Assembly: GCA_050950825.1 (NCBI GenBank)
Contig: JBMNIH010000003.1
Span: 64,001 to 128,000, forward strand
Length of the DNA: 64,000 nt
Source of the DNA: Clostridia bacterium
Lineage (GTDB): Bacteria > Bacillota > Clostridia > JAAYHZ01
Direction: 5' to 3'
The notes below the pieces were generated by a model, which was given only the letters and a program-made list of their open reading frames with translations, was not told the origin of the DNA and made no database searches. The position numbers and the translations under genes are program-made. Positions 56,347 through 64,000 of the stretch are shown here, one piece after another. The number at the start of each line of letters is the position of its first letter. Positions within the stretch are counted from its first letter, which is position 1.

Positions 56347-58386
56347 TTAAGCGGTAATGACTTTTTTATTGATCAACCGGACATCCGGCTCGATTTCATT
56401 AAACGACAAGACCACAAGGTCCGGAGCCATCGGTTCCGTCAGTCGTTTCAAATGGAATCGTACAATAGGGGAAGTAACCATTATGGGGGGAAATCCCATC
56501 TCCACAAAGGATTCCATCGCCTTTTTGACATTGTTCAATATGCTTTGAAGCTTGTTAGGCTCCAAATTGACATAAGAGCCCTGCTTCGTCTGCTGAATGC
56601 TGCTTAATATCAGCTGCTCCAAGTCCGGATCCGACATCATGACGGGAGCGCTTCCTTCCGGTATGAACTTGGAGGTGATGATCCTTCTCATGTTCTGCCG
56701 CACATACTCCGTCAGCATGTCCGTGTCCTTCGTCACCGGCCCGTAATCGCTTAAAGTTTCCAATATGGTGGTCATATCCTTGATGGGAATGGCCTCTCTT
56801 AACAGGTTGCATAAAACACGCTGAAGCTCCCCTAAGGATACGGCCTTTGGTACGGTTTCTTCCACCAACGCAGGCTGGGTCGCTTTTACCATATCCAAAA
56901 GCTCTTTTACCTGCTGCCTGTCCAAAAGCTCGTGACCGTGGCGCTTTAACACCTCCGTCAAATGGGTAGCGATGACGGAAGAAGGCTCGATTAAGGTATA
57001 GCCTAAGGTTTCGGCCTTTCCCTTCATCCTTTTATCCACCCATTTCGCCGGCAATCCGAATGCGGGCTCTAAGGTATCGATACCTTCTAAGGTATCCTCC
57101 GTGTCGTCGTTCTTTATGGCCATGTAGCGATCGGCAAATACGACGCCTTCCGCCACCTTCGCCCCTTTGATTTTGATCATGTATTGGTCCGGCTTAAGCT
57201 GCATATTGTCCCTCAGCCTTATGACCGGGATTACCATGCCTAAATCGATGGCGCACTGCCTTCGGATGGCTACAATTCTGTCTAAAAGGTCTCCCCCCTG
57301 GTTGGCATCCACCAAAGGAATCAAGTTATAGCCGAATTCCAATTCGATTTTATCCACCTGCAATAAAGAAGAGATGTCTTCCGTTTTTTCGGTTTTCTTG
57401 GCCTCTCGGACCTGCTCTTCCGCCTTCTCCTTCGCTTCTTTTTCTTTTATGGCTTTACCGTAGCGGCTTCCGAGCCCTATAAACAAAGCGGCAAGGAGGA
57501 TCATGGGAAGCTTCGGCATTCCCGGGAGCAATCCCACAACGGCGATGATAATGCCGGATACCTTCATAACCGTAGGCTGTCGGAACAATTGCCTTCGGAC
57601 GTCGGCACCGATGTTTTCATCGGAGGCCGTTCTCGTCACCGTTATACCGGAGGCGGTAGACACCAAAAGCGCAGGCACCTGGCTTAAAATACCGTTCCCG
57701 ATGGTAGACAGCGCGAAGGTATTCAGCACTTCGTCAAAGGTCATTCCTTCCATCACCATACCGATGATGATTCCGCCGACAAAATTGATGATGGTTATAA
57801 TGATGCCGATGATGGCGTCCCCCTTGATGAACTTGCTGGCACCGTCCATGGACCCGTAAAAGTCCGCTTCACGCTGAATGTCTCTTCGTCTCGCTTTGGC
57901 GGTAGCTTCGTCAATGATTCCGGAGTTTAAGTCCGCATCAATGGCCATTTGTTTTCCCGGCATGGCGTCCAAGGTAAAGCGAGCGGCGACTTCGGATACT
58001 CTTTCCGTACCTTTCGTAATGACAATAAACTGTCCGGCTACCATAATGAGGAATATGATGATCCCTACGACAAAGTTGTCACCGATCACAAAGCTTCCGA
58101 AGGTGTTGACCACCTTCCCGGCATAGCCGGAGTTGGAGAGAATCAGCCTTGTGGCCGCAACATTCAATCCCAAACGGAACAGGGTTACGATCAGAAGCAA
58201 AGCCGGAAAAACCGAAAATTGCAGCGGTTGGGTTATATACAAGGCCGTAAGCAGGATGACAATGGAGATTAAAATATTGAATATGAACAAAAAGTCCAGT
58301 GCGCCCGGCCTTAAGGGTATCATAACCAATAAAACGATGCCTATGATGGCAACGGCGATTAACGAGTCTCCGATCTTGATTTTCAT
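56347..58386 (-). CDS. flhA: Flagellar export gate protein FlhA
   Basis: RVSEVAARFTLDAMPGKQMAIDADL, FYGSMDGASKFIKGDA, EPAFGLPA.W. Confidence 0.97.
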   Translation of the reverse strand: MKIKIGDSLIAVAIIGIVLLVMIPLRPGALDFLFIFNILISIVILLTALYITQPLQFSVFPALLLIVTLFRLGLNVAATRLILSNSGYAGKVVNTFGSFVIGDNFVVGIIIFLIMVAGQFIVITKGTERVSEVAARFTLDAMPGKQMAIDADLNSGIIDEATAKARRRDIQREADFYGSMDGASKFIKGDAIIGIIITIINFVGGIIIGMVMEGMTFDEVLNTFALSTIGNGILSQVPALLVSTASGITVTRTASDENIGADVRRQLFRQPTVMKVSGIIIAVVGLLPGMPKLPMILLAALFIGLGSRYGKAIKEKEAKEKAEEQVREAKKTEKTEDISSLLQVDKIELEFGYNLIPLVDANQGGDLLDRIVAIRRQCAIDLGMVIPVIRLRDNMQLKPDQYMIKIKGAKVAEGVVFADRYMAIKNDDTEDTLEGIDTLEPAFGLPAKWVDKRMKGKAETLGYTLIEPSSVIATHLTEVLKRHGHELLDRQQVKELLDMVKATQPALVEETVPKAVSLGELQRVLCNLLREAIPIKDMTTILETLSDYGPVTKDTDMLTEYVRQNMRRIITSKFIPEGSAPVMMSDPDLEQLILSSIQQTKQGSYVNLEPNKLQSILNNVKKAMESFVEMGFPPIMVTSPIVRFHLKRLTEPMAPDLVVLSFNEIEPDVRLINKKVITA

Positions 58387-58396
58387 TTGTCCGACT

Positions 58397-59482
58397 TCAA
58401 ACCTCCCTGTATTTTCCCTTTATTCCGTATACCCACGCCAAAATTTCCGCTACGGCTTTATAGAACTCCTCCGGGATTTGCCTTCCTACGTCTACCGATT
58501 TATACAAAGCCTGCGCCAAAGGCTTGTTTTCAACGATTTCCACGCCGTGCTCCTTCGCTTTCTCCTTGATTCTTTTTGCGACATAGCCCTTTCCCTTTGC
58601 CGTGACGACGGGAGCGGCGTGCTTTTTGTCGTCATATTTTAAAGCCACGGCATAGGTGGTAGGGTTGGTAACCACCACGTCCGCTTCGGGAACCGCCTGC
58701 ATCATGCGGCCCATACTGATTTCCCTCTGCTTTCTTTTGATCTGCCCCTTGATTTCCGGGTTTCCTTCCAGCATCTTGTACTCTTCCTTTACCTCTTGCT
58801 TGGTCATACGTAGGTTCTTCTCGTATTCCCACCAGGTGTACAGAAAGTCTCCCACGGCATAGATCATCAGATACAGTCCCGTCTTCAAAGCCAAATCCAT
58901 TGTAAGCTCCGTCATAAACAGGAAGGATACGGGAATATCCACGGTCATGTAGTACGGGATTTTGGCCGCATTGTCTTTCACGATATCGATGACGATTCCG
59001 GCAATAATGACGAACTTGATGACGGACTTCAAAAGCTCCACCAAGGATTTACTCGATATCATTCGTTTTAATCCCTTAATGGGGTTTAATCTTGAAAACT
59101 GGGGCTTTAATGCTTTCGTCGAAAACAAAAAACCGAACTGCAAATAGTTTACGCATAATGCCAAAACGAAGGATACGGCCAATACGGGGCCGACAATCAA
59201 AAATATCGATACGATGACCTTTAAAAAGTATTGGCGTATATAACCCAAATCGAGGGAGCCTTCCTTGGGATTGACGCTTTGGTAAAGCTCCGTAAACACC
59301 GAAACCGTCTTGTTCCCTATATACGACTTTAAAGCGTTAAGGCTTGCAAACAAAGCCAACAGCGTTATGGCGGCATTTAACTCGGTGCTTTTTCGGACCT
59401 CCCCCTTTTCCCGAGTTTCTCTTCTTTTCTTTGGGGTCGGTTTTTCCGTGCGGTCGTCGGCCGCCATCATTACCAACATCAT
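58397..59482 (-). CDS. flhB: Flagellar export switch protein FlhB
   Basis: TEKPTPKKR..REKGEV.KS.EL, LRMTKQEVKEEYK..EGNP, ADVVVTNPTTYAVAL. Confidence 0.96.
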   Translation of the reverse strand: MMLVMMAADDRTEKPTPKKRRETREKGEVRKSTELNAAITLLALFASLNALKSYIGNKTVSVFTELYQSVNPKEGSLDLGYIRQYFLKVIVSIFLIVGPVLAVSFVLALCVNYLQFGFLFSTKALKPQFSRLNPIKGLKRMISSKSLVELLKSVIKFVIIAGIVIDIVKDNAAKIPYYMTVDIPVSFLFMTELTMDLALKTGLYLMIYAVGDFLYTWWEYEKNLRMTKQEVKEEYKMLEGNPEIKGQIKRKQREISMGRMMQAVPEADVVVTNPTTYAVALKYDDKKHAAPVVTAKGKGYVAKRIKEKAKEHGVEIVENKPLAQALYKSVDVGRQIPEEFYKAVAEILAWVYGIKGKYREV

Positions 59483-60264
59483 GAAACCGTCGCCCTCCCG
59501 GCCAGCTCTCGTATACCGCTTAACATCGAATCGAATAGCACCTCGGAAACGTTGAAAAACAAGGGTACGGTTAAAAACAGCATCGCAAGGCCGATGAATA
59601 TTTTTACCGGTATCCCGATGACAAACATGTTCATTTGGGGCACGGAGCGGATCATAATTCCCATTGCCACCTCGGTTAAGAAAATAGCCGCCATCACCGG
59701 CATGGCGATTCGCAAAACAAGCACCATGGTCGATAAGAAAAACTCGACGATCACGACTCCGATGTCCAAGCTTAAAACGAATTTTCCGGGAGGCAGCACA
59801 ACAAAGGTCTCGGCCAAAACCTTAATCAGCATGTGATGGGTATTGCTTACGAAAAACATCACGAGCAAAAATACATTTAATATGCTGCCCGCTAACGGTA
59901 CTTGCATTCCGATTCTTTGATCGAACAGCTGGGCCATCCCGAACCCGATTTGCGTATCGGTAATATGGCCTGCGGATAAAATAACGGAGAAAAACAAAAT
60001 CGTTACAAAACCGATGCTTAAGCCGATGAGCAATTCTTTCAAGCAGCCGCTTGCAAATTCCGAAAGAGTCGTTTTTTGTCCCGCCGCTTCAGGAGGAAAC
60101 ATATTGACGAAAACGTAAGACAAAATTAAGCAAAGCATCACCTTCACTTCATTCGGAGCATTCTTTTTTCCTAAAACCGGCGACAAAACGAATATGGATG
60201 TCACGCGCAAGAAAATGTATGCAAATTGTACGACCCGGCTTAAAAGAACGTCTTCGTTTATCAT
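59479..60264 (-). CDS. fliR: Flagellar export protein FliR
   Basis: AGHITDTQIGF, RSVPQMNMFVIGIP.K. Confidence 0.95.
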   Translation of the reverse strand: MINEDVLLSRVVQFAYIFLRVTSIFVLSPVLGKKNAPNEVKVMLCLILSYVFVNMFPPEAAGQKTTLSEFASGCLKELLIGLSIGFVTILFFSVILSAGHITDTQIGFGMAQLFDQRIGMQVPLAGSILNVFLLVMFFVSNTHHMLIKVLAETFVVLPPGKFVLSLDIGVVIVEFFLSTMVLVLRIAMPVMAAIFLTEVAMGIMIRSVPQMNMFVIGIPVKIFIGLAMLFLTVPLFFNVSEVLFDSMLSGIRELAGRATVS

Positions 60265-60268
60265 CTTT

Positions 60269-60538
60269 TCACCTTACCGTTGCGGCCATATACTCGTAAA
60301 GCTTCATCGTAAAATCCGTAAGCTTGTTGATCATCCAAGGCCCGAAAAAAATCAGCGCTAAAAATATGGCAATGATTTTGGTAATAAAGCCCAAGGATTG
60401 CTCGTTTACCTGCGTAGCCGCTTGGATAATGGAAACAATGATTCCGATTACCAATCCTGCCGCCAATACCGGCGCGGCCACTTCGATCACCGTTAAAAGA
60501 GCTTGTTGGATTACGGTTACAGCATCCGCTTGTCCCAT
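60269..60538 (-). CDS. fliQ: Flagellar export protein FliQ
   Basis: VSIIQAATQVNEQSLGF.TK, GPWM. Confidence 0.96.
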   Translation of the reverse strand: MGQADAVTVIQQALLTVIEVAAPVLAAGLVIGIIVSIIQAATQVNEQSLGFITKIIAIFLALIFFGPWMINKLTDFTMKLYEYMAATVR

Positions 60539-60560
60539 TGAAAAACCATCCTAATAATTA

Positions 60561-61322
60561 TTAATTAAAACTTTTTACGAGGGTTTCTACGGTTATCGAC
60601 CAACCGTCCACCAGTATGAACAACAAAAGCTTGAAGGGCATGGATATCAAGGTCGGAGGAAGCATCATCATACCCATGGACATTAACGTGCTTGCTACGA
60701 TCATGTCGATGACGATGAAAGGTATGTACAAGTAAAATCCCATTTTAAAAGCGGTCTTCAGCTCGCTGGTAATAAACGCGGGAATCACCGTCGTCAAAGG
60801 CAGGTCGTCAAGGGTTTCCGGAGCTTCTCCGTCGGACAGCTCGATGAACAGGTTCACGTCTTGGCTGTAGGTATTCTTGAGCATAAACTCTTTAATAATC
60901 GACGCGCCCGTGTTCAAGGCTTCCTCTTGGGAGACGGTTCCTTCCATAAAAGGCTTGTATGCTCGATCGTTCAGATCCATAAATACCGGCCGCATGATGA
61001 ACAAAGTGAGAAACAAAGCCAATCCGATGATCACTTGGTTCGGAGGCGCCTGCTGGGTATTCATGGCGTTTCTTGTGAAGGAAAGCACGATGACGATCCG
61101 GGTAAACCCGGTCATCATAATCAATATGGAGGGCAAAAGAGTTAAAACCGTCAAAACCAATAACAGCTTCATGACCGTCGACGCGGATTCCGGGCTTTCG
61201 TCAAACAGCGAACCGTCTATCGATACCAAAGGCTCCGCAGCGGCAGCCGTAACACCTGCAAACAGGAAGAAAACAATGAAAACCGCGATAATGATTTGTA
61301 TTTTAAGCTTTCTCTTTCCCAT
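60561..61322 (-). CDS. fliP: Flagellar export protein FliP
   Basis: MMTGFTRIVIVL, QQAPPNQV, PAFITSELKTAF, MGMMMLPP, KLLLFILVDGW. Confidence 0.97.
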   Translation of the reverse strand: MGKRKLKIQIIIAVFIVFFLFAGVTAAAAEPLVSIDGSLFDESPESASTVMKLLLVLTVLTLLPSILIMMTGFTRIVIVLSFTRNAMNTQQAPPNQVIIGLALFLTLFIMRPVFMDLNDRAYKPFMEGTVSQEEALNTGASIIKEFMLKNTYSQDVNLFIELSDGEAPETLDDLPLTTVIPAFITSELKTAFKMGFYLYIPFIVIDMIVASTLMSMGMMMLPPTLISMPFKLLLFILVDGWSITVETLVKSFN

Positions 61323-61656
61323 CCTTGTTCTCTTTCACTCCGACTTTCAATAGCTTTCGAAAGACCGCATCAAAGGGCTCTTTCGAAAGGCTTCGTTCTT
61401 CCGTTTGTACCGCCCTTTGGTCCAACGTATCGATCACCGTAACGTTTTGCTCGGTAAACCCCAAAAAGTAGACTTTGTCTCCCGTCTTCACAAGCACAAG
61501 ACACTTTCCCCGATCGATGGCCGTGCGCTCAAGCACCGTCATGTTCTTTCCGGAGCTTGCGCCGAACCCGCCGGATCCGGACAGCCATTTGACGCAAAAT
61601 CGAGCCAGCACGATGACGGCTACAAAAACAATGAAAAACCCGATTACTTCAACCAT
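61303..61656 (-). CDS. fliO: Flagellar protein FliO/FliZ
   Basis: N-terminal TM, then MTVLER...LVLVK.GDK.YFLG.T; immediately upstream of fliP. Confidence 0.85.
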   Translation of the reverse strand: MVEVIGFFIVFVAVIVLARFCVKWLSGSGGFGASSGKNMTVLERTAIDRGKCLVLVKTGDKVYFLGFTEQNVTVIDTLDQRAVQTEERSLSKEPFDAVFRKLLKVGVKENKDGKEKA

Positions 61657-61666
61657 CGAAAGCTCC

Positions 61667-62767
61667 TTATCCTAAATCTCCCTTCGAATACTCCGCAAGC
61701 TCGGTAATTCTTACTCCGTAATTGTCATCGATGATTACCACTTCGCCCTTTGCGATGAGCTTGCCGTTTACCACTACGTCCACCAAGTCGCCGGCAAGCT
61801 TGTCCAACACCACAATGGAACCTTCATGCAATTCCAGAATCTCTTTGATCACTTTTTTGCTTCTGCCCAATTCCACCGATACGGGCAAAGGCACGTCCAG
61901 CAAAAGATCCATGTTTTTGCTTTCTCCGAGCCTTCCGCTTTTTTCTTCTTCATCAAAAGAGGGAATATCCAAGGGTTTGATATTGACTTGTTTTCGTACA
62001 GGCTCCGTATGTTTATCCTGCATAATCCTTTCCTCGCTTTTATGCTTTTCCGCTTTCCCCGGATTGTTTTTCTGCTTCCGGCTTTGCGTACCTTTCACCG
62101 ACGGTCCCGAGACCTCCTCCGCCGGAGCTTCGCTGCTCGTATGGTTTAACAGGCCGCTTACGAGTTTTTTCGCAAAATCGATAGGCATCAGCTGCATCAG
62201 CTCGCTGTTCACAAGGTCTTCGATTACCATCTTGAAGCTGATCTTTACGTAAGCCTGTTCTCGGTCGCCGTCTTGGGGATTGTAAGCATCTCCTTCGATT
62301 ACATTCGGAGGTTCGATGTTCACCGTTTTGTTCAATATGTCGGAAAGAGAGGTTGCGGAGGAGCCGATCATTTGGTTCATAATCTCGCCCATGGCGCTTA
62401 GCCTTAATTCGTCCAATTCTCCTTCCGAGGAAGTGCCGTCACCTCCCATGACCATATCGGTGAGGATCATCACATCCTGCTTTTTCATGACCAAAATGCT
62501 GTAGCCTTCCAAGCCTTCGATGAATTTCACTTCCACAATAACGAAAGGGATCTCGTAGCTTTCCAAAAAATCCTGAAGGTTCACCAAGGACACTTTGGGG
62601 GCGGTGATTTCCACTCTTTTTCCTACCATCTCGTATAAAGCCGTAGCCGCCGTCCCCATACTGATGTTTCCGATCTCCCCTAAGGTATCTTTTTCAATAT
62701 CCGATATCACATCATTGCTTATATACACATTCTTGTTGATTTCCACAACGCTGTCGGTCAGGCTCAT
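61667..62767 (-). CDS. fliY: Motor switch phosphatase FliY (CheC-like domains + FliN domain)
   Basis: GEIGNISMG and GEIMNQMIG phosphatase motifs; C-terminal LLDVPL.VSVELGR...AKGEVV.IDDNYGVRITE. Confidence 0.93.
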   Translation of the reverse strand: MSLTDSVVEINKNVYISNDVISDIEKDTLGEIGNISMGTAATALYEMVGKRVEITAPKVSLVNLQDFLESYEIPFVIVEVKFIEGLEGYSILVMKKQDVMILTDMVMGGDGTSSEGELDELRLSAMGEIMNQMIGSSATSLSDILNKTVNIEPPNVIEGDAYNPQDGDREQAYVKISFKMVIEDLVNSELMQLMPIDFAKKLVSGLLNHTSSEAPAEEVSGPSVKGTQSRKQKNNPGKAEKHKSEERIMQDKHTEPVRKQVNIKPLDIPSFDEEEKSGRLGESKNMDLLLDVPLPVSVELGRSKKVIKEILELHEGSIVVLDKLAGDLVDVVVNGKLIAKGEVVIIDDNYGVRITELAEYSKGDLG

Positions 62768-62769
62768 TC

Positions 62770-63762
62770 TCAAACCTCCTTTTTGCAATCCGTCTGGGTT
62801 ATGTAAATGGCATACTTGTTGTCTTTCGCCCCTAATTTCCCTTTAAACTTCGGAATATGCTCCAGATACAGGTTCAAAGGAGCGAAAACCTTATGATCCA
62901 ATAAAAGCACGTCGCCCGGCTGAAGATTCAAGCAATCTTGGAAGGACGTATAGGTGGTGTTGAATTTGGCAACCAAGTCCAAGCGGGAGTCTTTCAGCAT
63001 TTGGCTTATCTTAAGATTCTTTTGCTCCGATTCTTTTTTCTCGATTTTTCCGCTGTAGATGGTCCGCAAAGTCAGCTGCTTCTCAATGGGCTTAATGGAT
63101 ATGTGAGGAAGGCAAAAATGCATCAATCCTTCCGTTTCACCGATTTTTACGTTGATGGTGACAATCGCCGCCGTCTCACCGGAAGAAACGATTTGTACAA
63201 ACTGGGGATTGACCTCCAATCGCTCCAGTACGACGCGAACCGGAACCACCTTGCTCCATGCTTCCTCCAGCAAGGACGAGATTTGCTTAATGATCTTTCC
63301 CATGATGACCAGCTCGATCTCGGTAAAATTGGTTCTTTCTTCACCCTTTGTTTCGACGGACCCGCCCAGCACCCTGTTCATCATTGCGAAAGCGATTTGA
63401 GGAGATAAATCCAGCAAAGACGTTCCCGCAAGAGGCTCCATCCCTAAAATGGCGAACAATGCATTGGAAAGCAGCGAGTTGGAGAACTCGGCAAATTTGT
63501 GTTCTTCAATCGAAATCATTTCGGCTTCGCAATTCATTCTTAACGTAGCGGTTAAATAATTGTTGAAAAGGTATGTAAAACTGTCATAGATGCTCTCCAA
63601 GGACCGCATCTGCTCTTTCGTCAGCTTGTTGGCGAGCCTGAAATCGTATTTTTTGTATTTTACCTCCTCCGTCGATCGGCTCCTTTCCGAGGAGCTCGAT
63701 TTTTGCGACTGCAGCGCCGATAAGAGTTCATCGATTTCCTGCTGGGTTAATACTTGAGACAA
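62770..63762 (-). CDS. fliM: Motor switch protein FliM
   Basis: VLTQQEIDELL, YDFR..KL, FTEIE, EVNPQF.QIV. Confidence 0.96.
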   Translation of the reverse strand: MSQVLTQQEIDELLSALQSQKSSSSERSRSTEEVKYKKYDFRLANKLTKEQMRSLESIYDSFTYLFNNYLTATLRMNCEAEMISIEEHKFAEFSNSLLSNALFAILGMEPLAGTSLLDLSPQIAFAMMNRVLGGSVETKGEERTNFTEIELVIMGKIIKQISSLLEEAWSKVVPVRVVLERLEVNPQFVQIVSSGETAAIVTINVKIGETEGLMHFCLPHISIKPIEKQLTLRTIYSGKIEKKESEQKNLKISQMLKDSRLDLVAKFNTTYTSFQDCLNLQPGDVLLLDHKVFAPLNLYLEHIPKFKGKLGAKDNKYAIYITQTDCKKEV

Positions 63763-63788
63763 ATATACTCTCCCCCTTTTCTAAGGTG

Positions 63789-64000
63789 CTACTGTACGAT
63801 AATTTCCTGAAAATATACGCCTACGATATCTTCGCTGCCTAAGTCTTCTCCGACTTTCCGAATAATATCTTTTTTCAAGGTTTCCGCGATATCCGACTTG
63901 GCCGCATCTTCTCTTGTGATTTCTCGGAGGACGGATATGATGGAATCCCGTAATCTGTAATTGACTTTTGTAAGGTTTTCTGCAGCCTTTTTATTCTTCA
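63789..64000 (-). CDS. fliL: FliL, C-terminal part (5' end outside window)
   Basis: Manual translation ...RLRDSIISVLR...LKKDII...DIVGVYFQEIIVQ* directly upstream of fliM. Confidence 0.88.
   Translation of the reverse strand, partial: KNKKAAENLTKVNYRLRDSIISVLREITREDAAKSDIAETLKKDIIRKVGEDLGSEDIVGVYFQEIIVQ

Noticed and set aside
43886-63548. Numerous plus-strand ORFs across the IS and flagellar cluster
   Set aside because: All are antisense to well-supported genes and lack RBSs or recognisable motifs.

Overview
A 64 kb window from a flagellated, saccharolytic Bacillota genome, probably Clostridia. This is inferred from the AGGAGG RBSs, lipoproteins, FliY and a SigD-type flagellar system. It has four blocks. 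(1) 1-2.1 kb: an AraC regulator and an edge-truncated solute-binding lipoprotein. (2) 2.2-13.4 kb: a compact 9-gene glycan-biosynthesis operon on the minus strand: PglC-like initiating transferase, GNAT, FemAB-like transferase, two GT-B transferases, a GT2/O-antigen-ligase fusion, a DXD GT, a pyruvyltransferase/2x[4Fe-4S]/FrhB-like fusion and a flippase. (3) 13.6-41.3 kb: a mosaic of carbohydrate-catabolic and unknown genes. These are an FG-GAP propeller, UroD/MtaA-like, sialidase-like, DUF2325, AKR-like, GH3, XRE, two more paralogous orphan solute-binding lipoproteins, two frameshifted creatininase-family genes plus a third fragment, a beta-helix enzyme, AraC, a beta-propeller lipoprotein and an (alpha/alpha)6-like protein. 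(4) 41.4-64 kb: a flagellar cluster (fliL to fliT-like) with three tandem flagellins, each with its own sigma-28 promoter and CsrA-type leader, and a complete IS inserted just upstream of fliD. No rRNA, tRNA or CRISPR array was seen. All family calls come from recognising motifs by eye; no database search was run.
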